A stretch of DNA of 64,000 bases from Octopus sinensis (lineage: Eukaryota), in NCBI RefSeq assembly GCF_006345805.1, contig NC_043006.1, positions 54,126,001 to 54,190,000 on the forward strand, given 5' to 3'. Made by a program: the position numbers and the translations under genes. The notes under the pieces were generated by a model. It was not told where the DNA came from. It saw only the letters and a list, made by a program, of their open reading frames with translations, and did no database searches. Position 1 is the first letter of the stretch. Each line of letters begins with the position of its first letter. Positions 1-12,385 of the stretch are shown piece after piece.

Positions 1-791
1 ATTTATGGGTACGTGATTGTGTATGTGTGTATGTGTGTGTATTTATGGGTACGTGGTTGTGTTTTTGTGTGTTAATATTCAGTAGAAAAAGCAAAAAAAG
101 ATAAAACGGTAAGGCAGAAAATACAAAATTAGATCAACAACAAACAAACATCCTGAAATTAATATGGCGGTGGTGAGAGGTAAATGAATTAAGTGACAAC
201 AATAAGTAAACATAATTTGAGCCGGATAATTGTTGTTGTTGCTATTGTTGTTATTGTTACTGCTGCTGCTGCTGCTGCTGTTGATGCTGCTGATACTGCT
301 GTAGTGTGTCGACAGTATTTTCAGTTTGTTTGATGTCTTCATTTCCAAGATAACAAAGACAATTGTTAAAAAATAAACTACGATATCTTCACAGACAATG
401 GCGGAATAAACATCTCCAACTTGACAAGCACCTCGACTGATCTACGAGAGTGGCAAGATTGAGAAATATTTTTCGTCATCATCATTGCCGCCGTCGTCGT
501 CGTTGTCATCATCGTCATCGTCATGATGATGATGATGATGCAATCTTCCTGATCTAAGAAGACATTACTCTAGGATCAATCGAGGAAACCCACAAATATA
601 GAATCATTCTGAACGCTAATATCAAGTGCCCACTCCAGCTGTCTTTATGTGCGCATGTATATGTCTATGTAAGTTTGCTCTTTAAGCAAGTGTGTATATT
701 TGTATCTATGCATGTTTGCACGTGAATAATTACGGCATCAACAGCATCACATGGCTTGTTACGGTTTAGGAATCATGAAAAATAAAGAAGA

Positions 792-945
792 GATCTTTTC
801 GGTTTGAACAGCAGTTTTTTAAAATAATTTCCACGTAACTCAACACTTGTAAACTTAGTATACTGGTAGAATGTGTTTATAAAACATCTTTTTTTCTTGG
901 TTTTATTGAGAAAATTCTATAATTTGTAAGATATTTGTTGTTTTA
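792..945 (+). mobile_element. Truncated left arm of the MITE found complete at 3120-3547
   Basis: About 150 bp closely matching 3121-3272 (gatcttttcggtttga...gatatttgttgtttt). Confidence 0.85.
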
Positions 946-1173
946 TTATGTTTGTTTCTGCACACACAATGTAACACAACTCCGGAATGATTCTATGGTC
1001 TTGCGTATTCATAAATATTTGCAAATCCATGCTCGTTGCTCCAGCCCACATACCATTTTATCTTTTATGCACCAACGTTTACAATCTGCTTATATTGATG
1101 AAGATGATGTTGATAATGATGATGATGGCAATAAAAGTATGATGGGTGAAAATGATAGTATTGGTTTCAAAAT

Positions 1174-1800
1174 TTGATACAAGGCCGGCAATTTTGGAGG
1201 AGAGGGTAAGTCAATTTCAAATGGAACTTATTTAGTCGACCCGAGAAGATGAAAGGCAAGTCGACCTCGTCGGAATTTGAACTCCGGACACGAAAACTGA
1301 CGAAATGCCGCTAAGCACATTTTACCTGGCGTACTAACGGTTCTGCCAGCTCGCCGTCATATGTGATAATACTATTAACATTAATAATTCTATCTGCTAT
1401 AACCACAAGGCCTGAAATTTGGGGAGGGGTAAGTCAGTTACATCAGCCCAGTACTCAACTGGTACTTATCTTATTGACCCCGAAAGGATGAAAGGCAAAG
1501 TCGACCTCGGCAGAATTTGACATAGCGGCAGACGAAATACCGCTAAGCATTTCGCCTGGCGTGCTAACGGTTCTGCCAGCTCGCCGTCATATGTGATAAC
1601 AATAGTATTGATCACGTCTTACATACTTACAAGGCCAGAAATTTCGTGGGAAAGGAACATGTCGATTGTAATTCTCCACAATAGTTGACTAGTTAGTACT
1701 TTATTTTATCGACCCACCAAGACAAGATTAAAGACAAAGCTGCCCTTGGTAGAATTTGAATTCAGAACGTGAATAGTCGAAGATGTATGTGATGATAAGG
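1174..1800 (-). mobile_element. Three copies of tRNA-headed SINE family B; the first two are tandemly duplicated with their flank
   Basis: Repeated body gaaaggatgaaaggcaaagtcgacctcggcggaatttgaactc and head ctgccagctcgccg. The flank catatgtgataa follows both copy 1 and copy 2. Confidence 0.85.
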
Positions 1801-2434
1801 CATTTCATATGATGCTGTAACGATCCAGCCAATCACCCATCCTATCTACGTCGACGACGACGACAGTAATGGTGATGATGATGGTTATGATGATGATGAT
1901 GATGATGATGAACAGTCGATATGGTAGTTCTCGTAAGATCAAAAGAAGAGTTTGAGATGATAATAGAAAGATAAAAGGCGTGTGGCGGACGTGAGGGTGT
2001 GAGAGAGAGTTATAGAAACTACAAGACAAACAAACACCAACGACACAAAACTAAAAATAAGATCTTTGTTTTATTTCATCATAACATAATCTGATTAGGA
2101 ATAAATAAACTTGATAATTATGACCTAGACATATTTCTCTTAGATAATGATATTTAGTAACGGGGGGTTCATTAAAAACTTCTGGTTATAATACCCGAAA
2201 TCTACTTGCATAAATCATGCAGATACCTCGATGGCTGTCCAAGGAGTAACTAACAAACAACAAAATTAGTCACCTCTGTCTCTGTCTCTGTCTCTGTCTC
2301 TCTCTTTCTTTCTCTCTGTCCTTCTCTCTCTCTCTCTCTGTATTTTTGTCTTTCTCTTATGCTTTGTTTATTCTTTTTTTTTTCTTTTATCTTTTCAAGA
2401 TTGACAATAGAATACACAAACAAAATACAGTATT

Positions 2435-2482
<48 letters not shown>

Positions 2483-3119
2483 TATATTTTCATCAGAAAT
2501 TAGAGGCGTAAGTATGCATATATGGATACACACATACATATACATCTCTGTATGTAAAAGATCTTGTATATGAATTTATATAGACGTATAGATGTATGTG
2601 TTAGTTAGTTAGTTAGTTAATTTGGCTCAAAAGCAAATAGCAAGGCCATGTGTGTGTATATATATATATATGTGTGTGTATGTGTGTTTGTGTGAGTGTG
2701 TGCGTGCGTGTGTGTACGTATATATAAGTATATATGTGCATGTATACCAGTAGGCGCAGGAGTAGCTGTATGGTAAGTAGTTTGCTTACCAAGGTTCCGG
2801 GTTCAGTCTCACTAAACCTGGGACCATTATTATGAATTATTTCAAACATTATGTAAAAACTGAAGAAAGATCTAATAACAGAAACTGATTTATTCCTTCA
2901 TTTTAAAAATGTCCCGCCGAAGCCTTTTTCTACATATTAATAAAAAGCAACTGATATTTCTGAATCTTAAAATTCAAATTTCAAACGGAGCAGAAGCGGT
3001 ATTTGCAGATCTAACGATACTTCATTTCAGTTATCGTATTATTTATACAGAAAAGAAAAGATTATGAAGAAAACAAAGAGTCCTTGATGCGTAAAAAACG
3101 TAAAAAAGGAAGAAATTAT

Positions 3120-3547
3120 GGATCTTTTCGGTTTGACCGACAGTTTTTAAAATAATTTCCACGTAACTAAACACTTTTAAACTTCGTAAACTGGTAGAAT
3201 GTGTTTATAAAACATCTTTTTCTCTTCGCTTTATTGAGAAAATTCTATGACTTGTAAGATATTTGTTGTTTTTTTTCTTCTTCAATTTCTGCAATTTCAA
3301 CGTCTATTAAGGTGAAAACATTCTGTGCCGTATGAGTATGTCCCTTGTTTAAGAAACAGATTGGGTTTATTTACATTTCTGAAGAAAAAAAGATACCCCC
3401 CCCCCCCAACCCTAACCCTAACCCTAACCTAACTAACTCTAACTAACCCTAACCCTAACCTAAAACAGATGATACTAGGGTCATAATTATGGGTGACAAT
3501 TTCATATGACACCGCTAGAAAAAACTGCCGTTCAAACCGAGAAGTCC
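3120..3547. mobile_element. MITE with ~27-bp imperfect TIRs, 8-9 bp TSD and an internal (CCCTAA)n tract
   Basis: Left end ggatcttttcggtttgaccgacagtttt pairs with right end aaaactgccgttcaaaccgagaagtcc. GAAATTATG lies at 3112-3120 and 3548-3556. Telomere-like repeats at ~3406-3461. Confidence 0.85.
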
Positions 3548-3659
3548 GAAATTATGACTTTGAAAGTAAGTCAAAGACGAACGGCGAGGCTGCATTAAGG
3601 GATGAACCCAAAGTGTGTGGGGGTGGAGAAACAAAAGAACCAGACATTTATACTTTCTT

Positions 3660-3806
3660 TGCGTGGTAAGAAGTTTGCTTCCAAACCACATAGTTCCGGG
3701 TTCAGTTCCACTGAGTTCCACATCGGCAATATCTTATTCTATAGCCCCGGCCCCACCAAAACCATGTGTGTGGGTCTGGCAGACGAAAATTGAAATAAGT
3801 CCGTCG

Positions 3807-3810
<4 letters not shown>
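3660..3810 (+). mobile_element. SINE family A, 5' half (diverged)
   Basis: tgcgtggtaagaagtttgcttcc...gttccgggttcag...gtccgtcgtata matches the complete copy at 14309. Confidence 0.8.
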
Positions 3811-3848
<38 letters not shown>

Positions 3849-3861
3849 TTAATAATAGTAA

Positions 3862-3897
<36 letters not shown>

Positions 3898-3902
<5 letters not shown>

Positions 3903-4212
3903 CCAATAATTATCGAAGCCCTAGGAACATTGAGTAAAAATCTTGGGAAGTACATGGAACAAATAGGGGCTGCAATAAGGGTGCAGCACTTGCAGAAAAC
4001 AGCACTGCCTCTACCGCTCGAATACTCTTTCTTATGGTTTCTTAAACATTCTCTAGAACAACACTATGTACAAAACCAAATATATGGCACCCTAGGCATA
4101 ATGCCAACATGAACTTCCAACTTGTCTCTTGAGGTCTCTGGGTGAGACTTGGAGCCAACTTGTACAAATGTAAAGCAAAAGTCAAACATAAAATAATAAT
4201 AATAATAATTGA
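3898..4212 (+). mobile_element. 5'-truncated R4/Dong-like (RLE) non-LTR retrotransposon 3' end
   Basis: VPIIIEALGTLSKNLGKYMEQIGAAIRVQHLQKTAL resembles the R4/Dong C-terminus. It is followed by a 3' UTR and a (TAA)n tail at ~4193-4210. Confidence 0.7.
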
Positions 4213-4947
4213 CCAAGAGATCAAACGATAAAAACAGACAACTTGAGAAAAAATATATATGGAGAGATTGTATCAGAAAAATGTAGAGCTTCAACTGTTT
4301 TATTGCTATTTATTTAACATTTCAAAAGTTTCGGTATCAAATCTGTTAGCGAGAATGTAATCACCATTACTTCTATGTGGCCTCGCTTCTCACTTAGTGA
4401 TTGGATTTTTAGAACGAGTCGAATCAACTTACTCTTTCACAGTATAGGAGAGGGTCGCTTGATACCAGTCTGGTGACGTGCTACTCTAATGTAATCATCC
4501 GCAAATATTTTTTAACATGAAATCTTTTATGTGCAATGGCGTTAGAAACGGAATGGTGCCAAAACAATTGTAACTAATAAAAAAGATGTGCTAAATTCAT
4601 TTTTTGTCTCCTTATGTTCAAAAATATTCCATCCATCCAGATATACCATACCACCTTTTATGCAGACAAAATGTACTTAGAACTAAATTATCTAAAAGAT
4701 CCATCTTCCCCCCTCCCATTACTTTTTGACTTGTTTCAATCATTGGGCAGAGGCTATGGTGGGGCACCACCTTGAAGGGCTTAGTCAAACAAATCACAGT
4801 ACTTTTTTTTTAAATGTAGTACTTACTATATTGATTTCATTTGCTGAATTGCTAAGTTACATAAACAAACCAACATTGGTTGACAAGTGGTGATGGGGGA
4901 TAAACACTAATACACACACACATATATATACACATATATACAGATAC

Positions 4948-5013
<66 letters not shown>

Positions 5014-5570
5014 TCAATTCTCTTTTCGCACGGGGGATACGTTCTAGAGACTACAGTGCAAAATAAAACCGTGTAAAAATATATACAGTGTATGTAAGAA
5101 AATTAGAGATAGGTTTCATCCAATATGATAATTTTCATATACAAATAAATTGAATTTTATATATGTATATGTACACACACACACACACACACACACATGA
5201 TTAAGGAGAAAAACAAATTTCAAAGGTCTATATTCATATTCATTCACACCATTTCAAATTGTAGGAATTTGATACATTCACATATGTAAGATATGGTAAA
5301 AATTCATAAAAATTTATAAATATATAAATATACGAAGATTCATAAATATATAAAATCTCATAAATATATAAAAATCTAAGTTTAATTCTAAATATATCAT
5401 TCGCATGAACAGTATGGTCCGACAAAACATTCGTTTGTTAAAAATTCTCAAATCTTTCATGTCCCTTAAAATTTTTACAACTCTTTGCATCTTTTAACTC
5501 TGATGAGAGAAGTATTGATAATTGCTATGGTTGGAGTTAGCTCGCCCATACCAACCTATGTCTTCCCGAC

Positions 5571-5951
5571 GGAGGCGCAATGGCCCAGTGGTTAGGGCAG
5601 CGGACTCGCAGTCGTAGGATCGCGGTTTCGATTCCCAGACCGGGCGTTGTGAGTGTTTATTGAGCGAAAACACCTAAAGCTCCACGAGGCTCCGGCAGGG
5701 ATGGTGGTGATCCCTGCTGTACTCTTTCACCACAACTTTCTCTCACTCTTACTTCCTGTTTCTGTTGTACCTGTATTTCAAAGGGCTGGCCTTGTCACTC
5801 TCTGTGTCACGCTGAATCTCCCTGAGAACTACGTTAAGGGTACACGTGTCTGTGGAGTGCTCAGCCACTTACACATTAATTTCACGAGCAGGCTGTTCCG
5901 TTGATCGGATCAACCGGAACCCCCGTCGTCGTAACCGACGGAGTGCTTCCA
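5571..5951 (+). mobile_element. tRNA-derived SINE family D, full length
   Basis: A-box tggcccagtggttag and B-box ggtttcgattccc, followed by a ~300-bp body. TCTTCCCGA is duplicated at 5561-5569 and 5964-5972. Confidence 0.85.
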
Positions 5952-6111
5952 TCGTTTCCCATATCTTCCCGAAACGGCCGTCAGACTTTGCACTTATTCA
6001 GGATTCCTCTTAAATCATTTTATACTAACTTTCTCATCTACCATCCTCATCGATTCTAATACGGACATTCAGCTTCGCAAGTACTTCTATGTATTTATAT
6101 TTATGTTTATA

Positions 6112-6288
6112 TACTCTTTTACTTGTTTCAGTCATTTGACTGTGGCCATGCTGGAGCACCGCCTTTAGTCGAGTAAATCGACCCCAGGACTTATTCTTTG
6201 TAAGCCTACTACTTATTCTGTCGGTCTTTTTTGCCGAACCGCTAAGTTACGGGGACGTAAACACACCAGCATCGGTTGTCAAACGATG
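6112..6288 (-). mobile_element. SINE family A, 3' half
   Basis: tactcttttacttgtttcagtcatttgactg...cggttgtcaa matches the family 3' half. Confidence 0.85.
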
Positions 6289-6547
6289 AATTTTTACATA
6301 TTTATAAATCTTCATATATTTATATGTTAATAAATTCCTATGAATTCTTACCATATCTTATATATGTGAATGTATCTATGTATATTGTGGAGAATTCCGA
6401 CAATTTGAAATGTATTGAATGGAGATGAATATTGACCTTTGAAATTTGTTTCTCTCTTTCTTAATTTTATATTCCTGAAGCTCTATTAGAGCGCTAGTTA
6501 GTTGTGCTGTATAAAGTGGATAAATATCCCATGTACTTCTTTATTAT

Positions 6548-6776
6548 TACTTTACTTTTACTTGTATTAGTCATTTGACTGCGGCCATGCTGGGGCATCG
6601 CTTTTAGTCGAGCAAATCGACCCCAGGACTTATTCTTTGGAAGCCTAGTACTTATTCTATCGGCGGTCTTTTGCCGAACCGCTAAGTTACGGGGACATAA
6701 ACACACCACCATCGGTTGTCAAGCGATGCTGGGGGACAAACACAGACACAAACATACACACACATACATACATACA

Positions 6777-6810
<34 letters not shown>

Positions 6811-6831
6811 CATACATACATACATATATAC

Positions 6832-6876
<45 letters not shown>

Positions 6877-7036
6877 TACGACGGGCTTCTTTCAGTTTTT
6901 GTCAACCAAATCCACTCACAAGGCTTTGGTCGGCCCGAGGCTATAGTAAAAGACACTTACCCAAGGTGCCATGCAGTGGGAATGAACCCGGAACCATGTG
7001 GTTGGTAAGCAAGCTACTGACCACACGGCTACTCCA
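6548..7036 (-). mobile_element. SINE family A, full length, internal (TACA)n/(TA)n
   Basis: Reverse complement of 14309-14735 with an expanded central microsatellite. Confidence 0.9.
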
Positions 7037-7039
7037 GTA

Positions 7040-8986
7040 CTAGACAGTAAACGTGCCTGCTTTCTGTTGTTCTTCGGTGATGCAAAATCACTCTCGTCAA
7101 TGGAAATATTTAATGGCAATATATCTTCATATGTATCTTGAATAAAATTAACATCTTGTGTTTCTTTTGTTTCACTGGTTTTGAATACGAATTCAGTTAA
7201 CAGATACTGTGATTTTATTTTTGTTTGTTCTTTATATGATTCTTCATAACGTCCCATAATCATTTTCAAATCACATTGGAACTGTACAGCTCGTTCAATA
7301 TTGTTATCATTTGTAAGAAAATGATTTCCAAGTTTATTGGCTATTTGGAGGCCTTCTAGAATTACATTTGCAGATAGTTTATAGTAGTGATGATGAAGAC
7401 ACATACATTCTCTGAAATACTCTCTACAATTTGTTCTTCATTAGGAGCTTCGTCGATTATTAATTCTGCAATGTCTTCAATTGTTAATTCTTCAAAACCT
7501 TCTCAGTCAATCTGATGTGACAAAGTGATGATATCAGAATGTAATTCATTCGTATTTATATTAGAAACGAGATTTTAGGCTTTACACATTCTGGCCAAAG
7601 TGATCTCCGGCATGCATTTAGGGTGGACGGCTTTAATTTGGATAAAGCCATGGCAGCATATATAATACCATTAATTGTAGTAAATTTTTTCCATGCTTGA
7701 ATAATTGAAAATGTACCATCTTTTTCTACTTCATCTATAATATATTCAAATGTTCGCTGGATATAATATGATTTGAATTTTGAAATTATACCCTGATCAA
7801 GCGGTTGAATTAGCGATGTTGTATTAGGTGACTTTTGCATTCAGGTGTTCCAAATCAAGATGACTGGGTGCATTGTGTATAAGTAATAGGACTTTAAACT
7901 CAAGACCTTTATCTTCCATATATCTTCTTACTTTCGGAACGAAGCAGTTGTTAATCCATTCAGTAAATATTTCTGCTGTCATCCATGATATTTTATTGGC
8001 TCTCAAATGAACAGGTATTTTACTTAAGTCTACGCCTTTCATTGCATGCGGACGAACTGATCGATTAATTAATAATGGTTTTAACAAACAATCTCCTGAA
8101 GCGCTGCTACATAACAAGAAAGTTACACAGTCTTTAGCTGCCTTAAAACCATTGGCACTTTTTTCTGATTTTGCTGTATACGTTCTATTTGGCATTTTCC
8201 CCCAAAAGAGACCAGTTTCATCTGCGTTCAAAATTAAGTCTGAAATGTAACCGCCTTCTTTAATTATTTTGACTAGTTCTGCAAGAAATTTTTCAGCAGC
8301 AGTCCTTTCTGCCGATGAAATTTCACCTCTCATTTTTATATTATGTAGTGCGTGTCTTTCGAGGAATTTTGTAAGCCATCTCGTTCTTGCAGCAAATTCA
8401 TTCTCCTTTTTATCACTAGACAGATGTAATGCACTTGATGACGTAAAATCTTCACGTAAAATCGTAATGTCATCTGTTTTATGGTTTTACCATATACAGG
8501 TATCCTTTTTTTTTTTTGATTTCTTCTATCCATATTATTAAAGTTTTCTCCATTTTTTCTTGAATTATGTCTCTTGTATATGACGACGACTTCGCAGATA
8601 AGTTTGTTCCAGAAGCTACAGATCTTCTAATGGCAGCATCACTCTTTTTGATCGTTCATTGTAGCTTCGATCAGACAGAAAGCTCTACCCAAGGACGCTG
8701 CACTTTCATCCTTACGAAGACGATCCAAAATATTGATCTTGGTCTCCAAAGAAATTGATGCTCTTTTATTTTTCTTAGATGTATCAGTCGACATTTTGGG
8801 GTAGGTTATCACTATCATGATCGCAAATAAAAAAATACAGCAGAGAATGAAACACGCGACATGTCTTTCGTATTAGACCCGATGCTAACGACTGCCACCG
8901 CGTGGCGTCTGATCGAGCGGTTACATGCAACCAGAGGTATGTACAGTGAATAGGTCCCGCCCTAACCGCAAAGTGTAGGATCACTA
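7040..8986 (-). mobile_element. Decayed pogo/Tigger (CENP-B-like, DDE_1) DNA transposon
   Basis: Frameshifted fragments: MEKTLIIWIEE-like HTH region (~8340-8560), NADETGLFW...LLIHNAPSH (7824-8333), QPLDQGIISKFKSYY (7556-7840) and an acidic C-terminus. A TIR-like 5' end (TA|TAGTGATCC...) lies at 8986; the 3' TIR was not seen. Confidence 0.9.
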
Positions 8987-9313
8987 TATGGAAAAAAAAT
9001 AGATTGGATCGTATTTTACTTCGCTAAATTGTTACTTAATCATGTTATATAGAGTTTCGGCGTTTTGTAAATTAAAATTGGTTGATGTAACTTAACCATT
9101 TACTTGCCACTTGCAATAAATTCAGTGGTCACACAAGGACAGATGTTTAAACTGAGTTAAAAAAAAATAGTACAAAAAAAATAATCGGTTCTTTTTGTTG
9201 GACTGTGCTATTTCAAAACCGTGCAAAAAGAGAATTGAGTGTGTATGTATACACACACACACATACGTAAATGTCGAACAATGCGAATGAGTGCTCAACA
9301 TCGCATTGGAGGA

Positions 9314-9708
9314 TACTCTTTTACTTGTTTGAGTCATTTGACTGCGGCCATACTGGAGCACCGTCTTTAGTTGAGCAAATCGACCCCAGGACTTATTCTT
9401 CGTAAGCCTAGTACTTATTCTATCGGTCTCTTTTGCCAAACTGCTAAGTTACGGGGACGTAAACACACCAGCATCGGTTGTCAAGTGGTGTTGGGGGAAC
9501 AAACACAGACACACAAATACACACACACACACATATATATACATATACATATATACGACTGGCTTCTTTCAGTTTCCGTCTACCAAATCCACTCACAAGG
9601 CTTTGGTCGGCCCAAAGCTATAGTAGAAGACACTTGCCCAAGGTGCTACGCAGTGGGACTGAACCCGGAACCATGTAGTTGGTGAGCAAGCTACTTATCA
9701 CACAGCCT
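9314..9708 (-). mobile_element. SINE family A, full length
   Basis: Matches the family, with an internal (CA)/(TA) tract. Confidence 0.9.
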
Positions 9709-9727
9709 TTCCTAAAGATTTTTTATA

Positions 9728-9740
9728 CCTACATGCATAC

Positions 9741-9771
<31 letters not shown>

Positions 9772-9892
9772 TGTATGCGTGCATGCATGCATGTATGCCT
9801 GCATGTATGCATGTATATGTATGTATGTATGATGTATGTATGTATGTATATATATATATATATATATATATTATAGAGAGAGAGAGAGAGAG

Positions 9893-9986
<94 letters not shown>

Positions 9987-9996
9987 GTAGGTAGGC

Positions 9997-10045
<49 letters not shown>
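9728..10045. repeat. Compound microsatellite (TATG)n-(TA)n-(GA)n-(GATA)n
   Basis: Direct reading. Confidence 0.98.
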
Positions 10046-10046
<1 letters not shown>

Positions 10047-11184
10047 CTTTTTTTTATTAGCCACACAGGGCTGAATACAGAGGGGACAAATACAAATGCA
10101 GAGCTTTTCATTTTCGAGGGTGGAAAAAAATAAAAAATGTAAGATTGCGATCAAAAGGGATCGAGAGGAGGAAAAAAAGGAAAAAAAGGAAATCGTGTAT
10201 CACAGAAATAATGATGTAAACATTGATATAACAAGATTGGGTTCATCCGTGGGAAGAAAAGCCTACAGAAAAGACCACGGGAACCCCAGTCAGGGAGGAA
10301 ATAACCACATGAGATCGAAAATGCTCTCTTTCTTTTTTACGATCTACAGGATCATGCTCAAAATGGTTTCGTTACTAGCACGCACCATCTTTGCAACATT
10401 CACCCATCTTTTTTTGAATCTTTCGCGAGACAAAACTTCCCTCTCCATTCTCACCTTCCTTTTCAAGTGGTACTTGAAAAAGTTGATGAGCAATGGCCAG
10501 AGAGGTAAGTGTTTGTCTCTAATCCTTTCGCTCGAGTCCACCACACACATTCTTTCACCATGGCCACCAGTACGATGAAAACTGCCTTGCCTTCCCGGTT
10601 GAGGGAAGGGGGCGGAGCAATTCTCACGATAGACTCGGCCGATAGGCGGATTCGTCCCACACGTGACAGCAGCCGTTCGGCATAAGCCCACAGGTCGGAA
10701 ATGGTTGGACATTGCACGAGTGCGTGCAAAACGGTTTCGTCGCTCTGACCGCATCTCGGGCAAGTCGGTCCAGTATGTCTGGAACCGTGTCTGTAGAGCT
10801 TATCCCGAACAGGTAATGCTTCTCGATAGCACTGCCAGGCCAGGGATCTTGGTGATTGTTCATAGGTCCCGGCCCGAAAGTTGTCCTGAACAGGCGGGTC
10901 AGGTGTTCCTCGTCGACGCCCAGACTCTGCCCGAGTTCGTCGTCGCACCTCCCCTCCACTAATCCTCTATAGAATGCCTTTGTTGTGATGGAGTCGCACA
11001 AGTTCGATTCCGGACGGCAGAGTTGCTTGAGAGCAACGCGACACTCGCGGTGCCATTCGCCTAGCCTCGGTCTCTGCTCTCTTTCTTTCTTTTTTACGAT
11101 CTACAGGATCATGCTCAAAATGGTTTCGTTACTAGCACGTCCATCTTTGCAACATTCACCCATCTTTTTTTGAATCTTTCGAGA
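10046..11184 (-). mobile_element. 5'-truncated Tx1/L1-clade LINE (ORF2 zinc-finger C-terminus, 3' UTR, poly-A)
   Basis: CPRCGQSDETVLHALVQC (zf-RVT-like C-x2-C...H-x4-C) followed by KECVWWTR. A frameshift leads to RERFKKRW; there is an A8 tail at 10048-10055. GC-rich relative to the flanks. Confidence 0.85.
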
Positions 11185-11222
11185 CAGACAGACAGACAGA
11201 CGGACGGACGGACGGACGGACG

Positions 11223-11284
<62 letters not shown>

Positions 11285-11310
11285 TAGATAGATAGATAGA
11301 TAGATAGATA
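11183..11310. repeat. (GACA)n(GACG)n(GACA)n(GATA)n microsatellite
   Basis: Direct reading. Confidence 0.98.
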
Positions 11311-11475
11311 TGGAGGAGTGTGTATGCTCTTAAGGTTTATCATAAGAATTTCTCACCGACGGAGAAAGAACCAATTTCTACTTCAGAAGCGAGATTCTTA
11401 CATTGACATTTCGGTAACACCAATTAGGTAAACACGTGGGTACGTATCTGCATACGCATATATATATATTATATA

Positions 11476-11528
<53 letters not shown>

Positions 11529-12385
11529 TGTGCATGCGTGTATGTTATCATATATGCAGATGTATATTCTTATACCTATTACCTGTACGTATATACATGG
11601 TGGTATGTAAATACGTGGTATAAGTATTAGTACTTACTACAAGTTACTAATACTTACTACAGGTTACTAATACTTACTACAGGTTAAATGTCTAAAACGT
11701 TACACATATTTTTATAGTTTCATTTTCCTCTGATTTTATTTTTAAACATTTCTCGCCGGTTTTCAAGAATGTCGTTTCATTAGAATTTACTCATCAACTA
11801 GTTATTCGTGTAGGTGTGCATGCCAGCATGTCGCTGCAAGAGTGAATCTCCATATTATAACTTGGCAGTATGCACATATACACATATATACATGTGTATG
11901 TGTTTCTATATGTAGGTATATGTATTTATTGCAGGTTTCACTTCCGGTATGTTTTACATATTTTATATTTTTACAGTTGCTTCCTCTTATGTTCAATAAT
12001 TGTCGTTTGATGGCGTAATTTTTTGTCGTGAAATAATTTAGTTCTGATGAAGTTCGTTCCGACTATATTTTCATTTTATTAAATGTAGCTTACATAACGG
12101 GTTCTTTTAGTTCTTTATTTTTTATTATCTTAATAGGAATTACATAAGGCATTTTTTCAGTTATGCCCTCACTTCTCTGACCACTAGAGAATTACAGGAA
12201 ATAGGTATATTTAAATCAAACACAAACTTAGCTTTATTAAATAGGCTAATTTGTATACCATACGTTTGTTGGTGGCATTATTAATGAAGGCGGCGAGCTG
12301 GCAGAAATAGTACGTCGGGCATATATATATATATTCAGGTATACACCTCGTAATATGCCGCGTAAGGTTCGTTCGCAGTATTCGG

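Larger units (their letters stand above)
5200..6465. mobile_element. Penelope-like relic: inverted ~160-bp segments (5200-5355 and 6292-6465) flanking a split hammerhead motif
   Basis: The two segments are reverse complements of each other. CTGATGA (5500-5506) and GAAAC-GGCC-GTC (5971-5982) become contiguous once SINE D is removed. Confidence 0.55.

Noticed and set aside
3400-3465. (CCCTAA)n as a chromosome end or fusion scar
   Set aside because: Short, degenerate and enclosed within the TIRs and TSD of a MITE.
4434-4575. Minus-strand exon candidate with good splice-like sites (ttttattag ... AGA|GTAAGT)
   Set aside because: All three frames contain stop codons.
5571-5645. tRNA-like sequence (A and B boxes) as a tRNA gene; the same applies at 37882
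   Set aside because: It runs directly into a SINE body, with no 3' acceptor-stem complement or T-run terminator. It is a SINE head.
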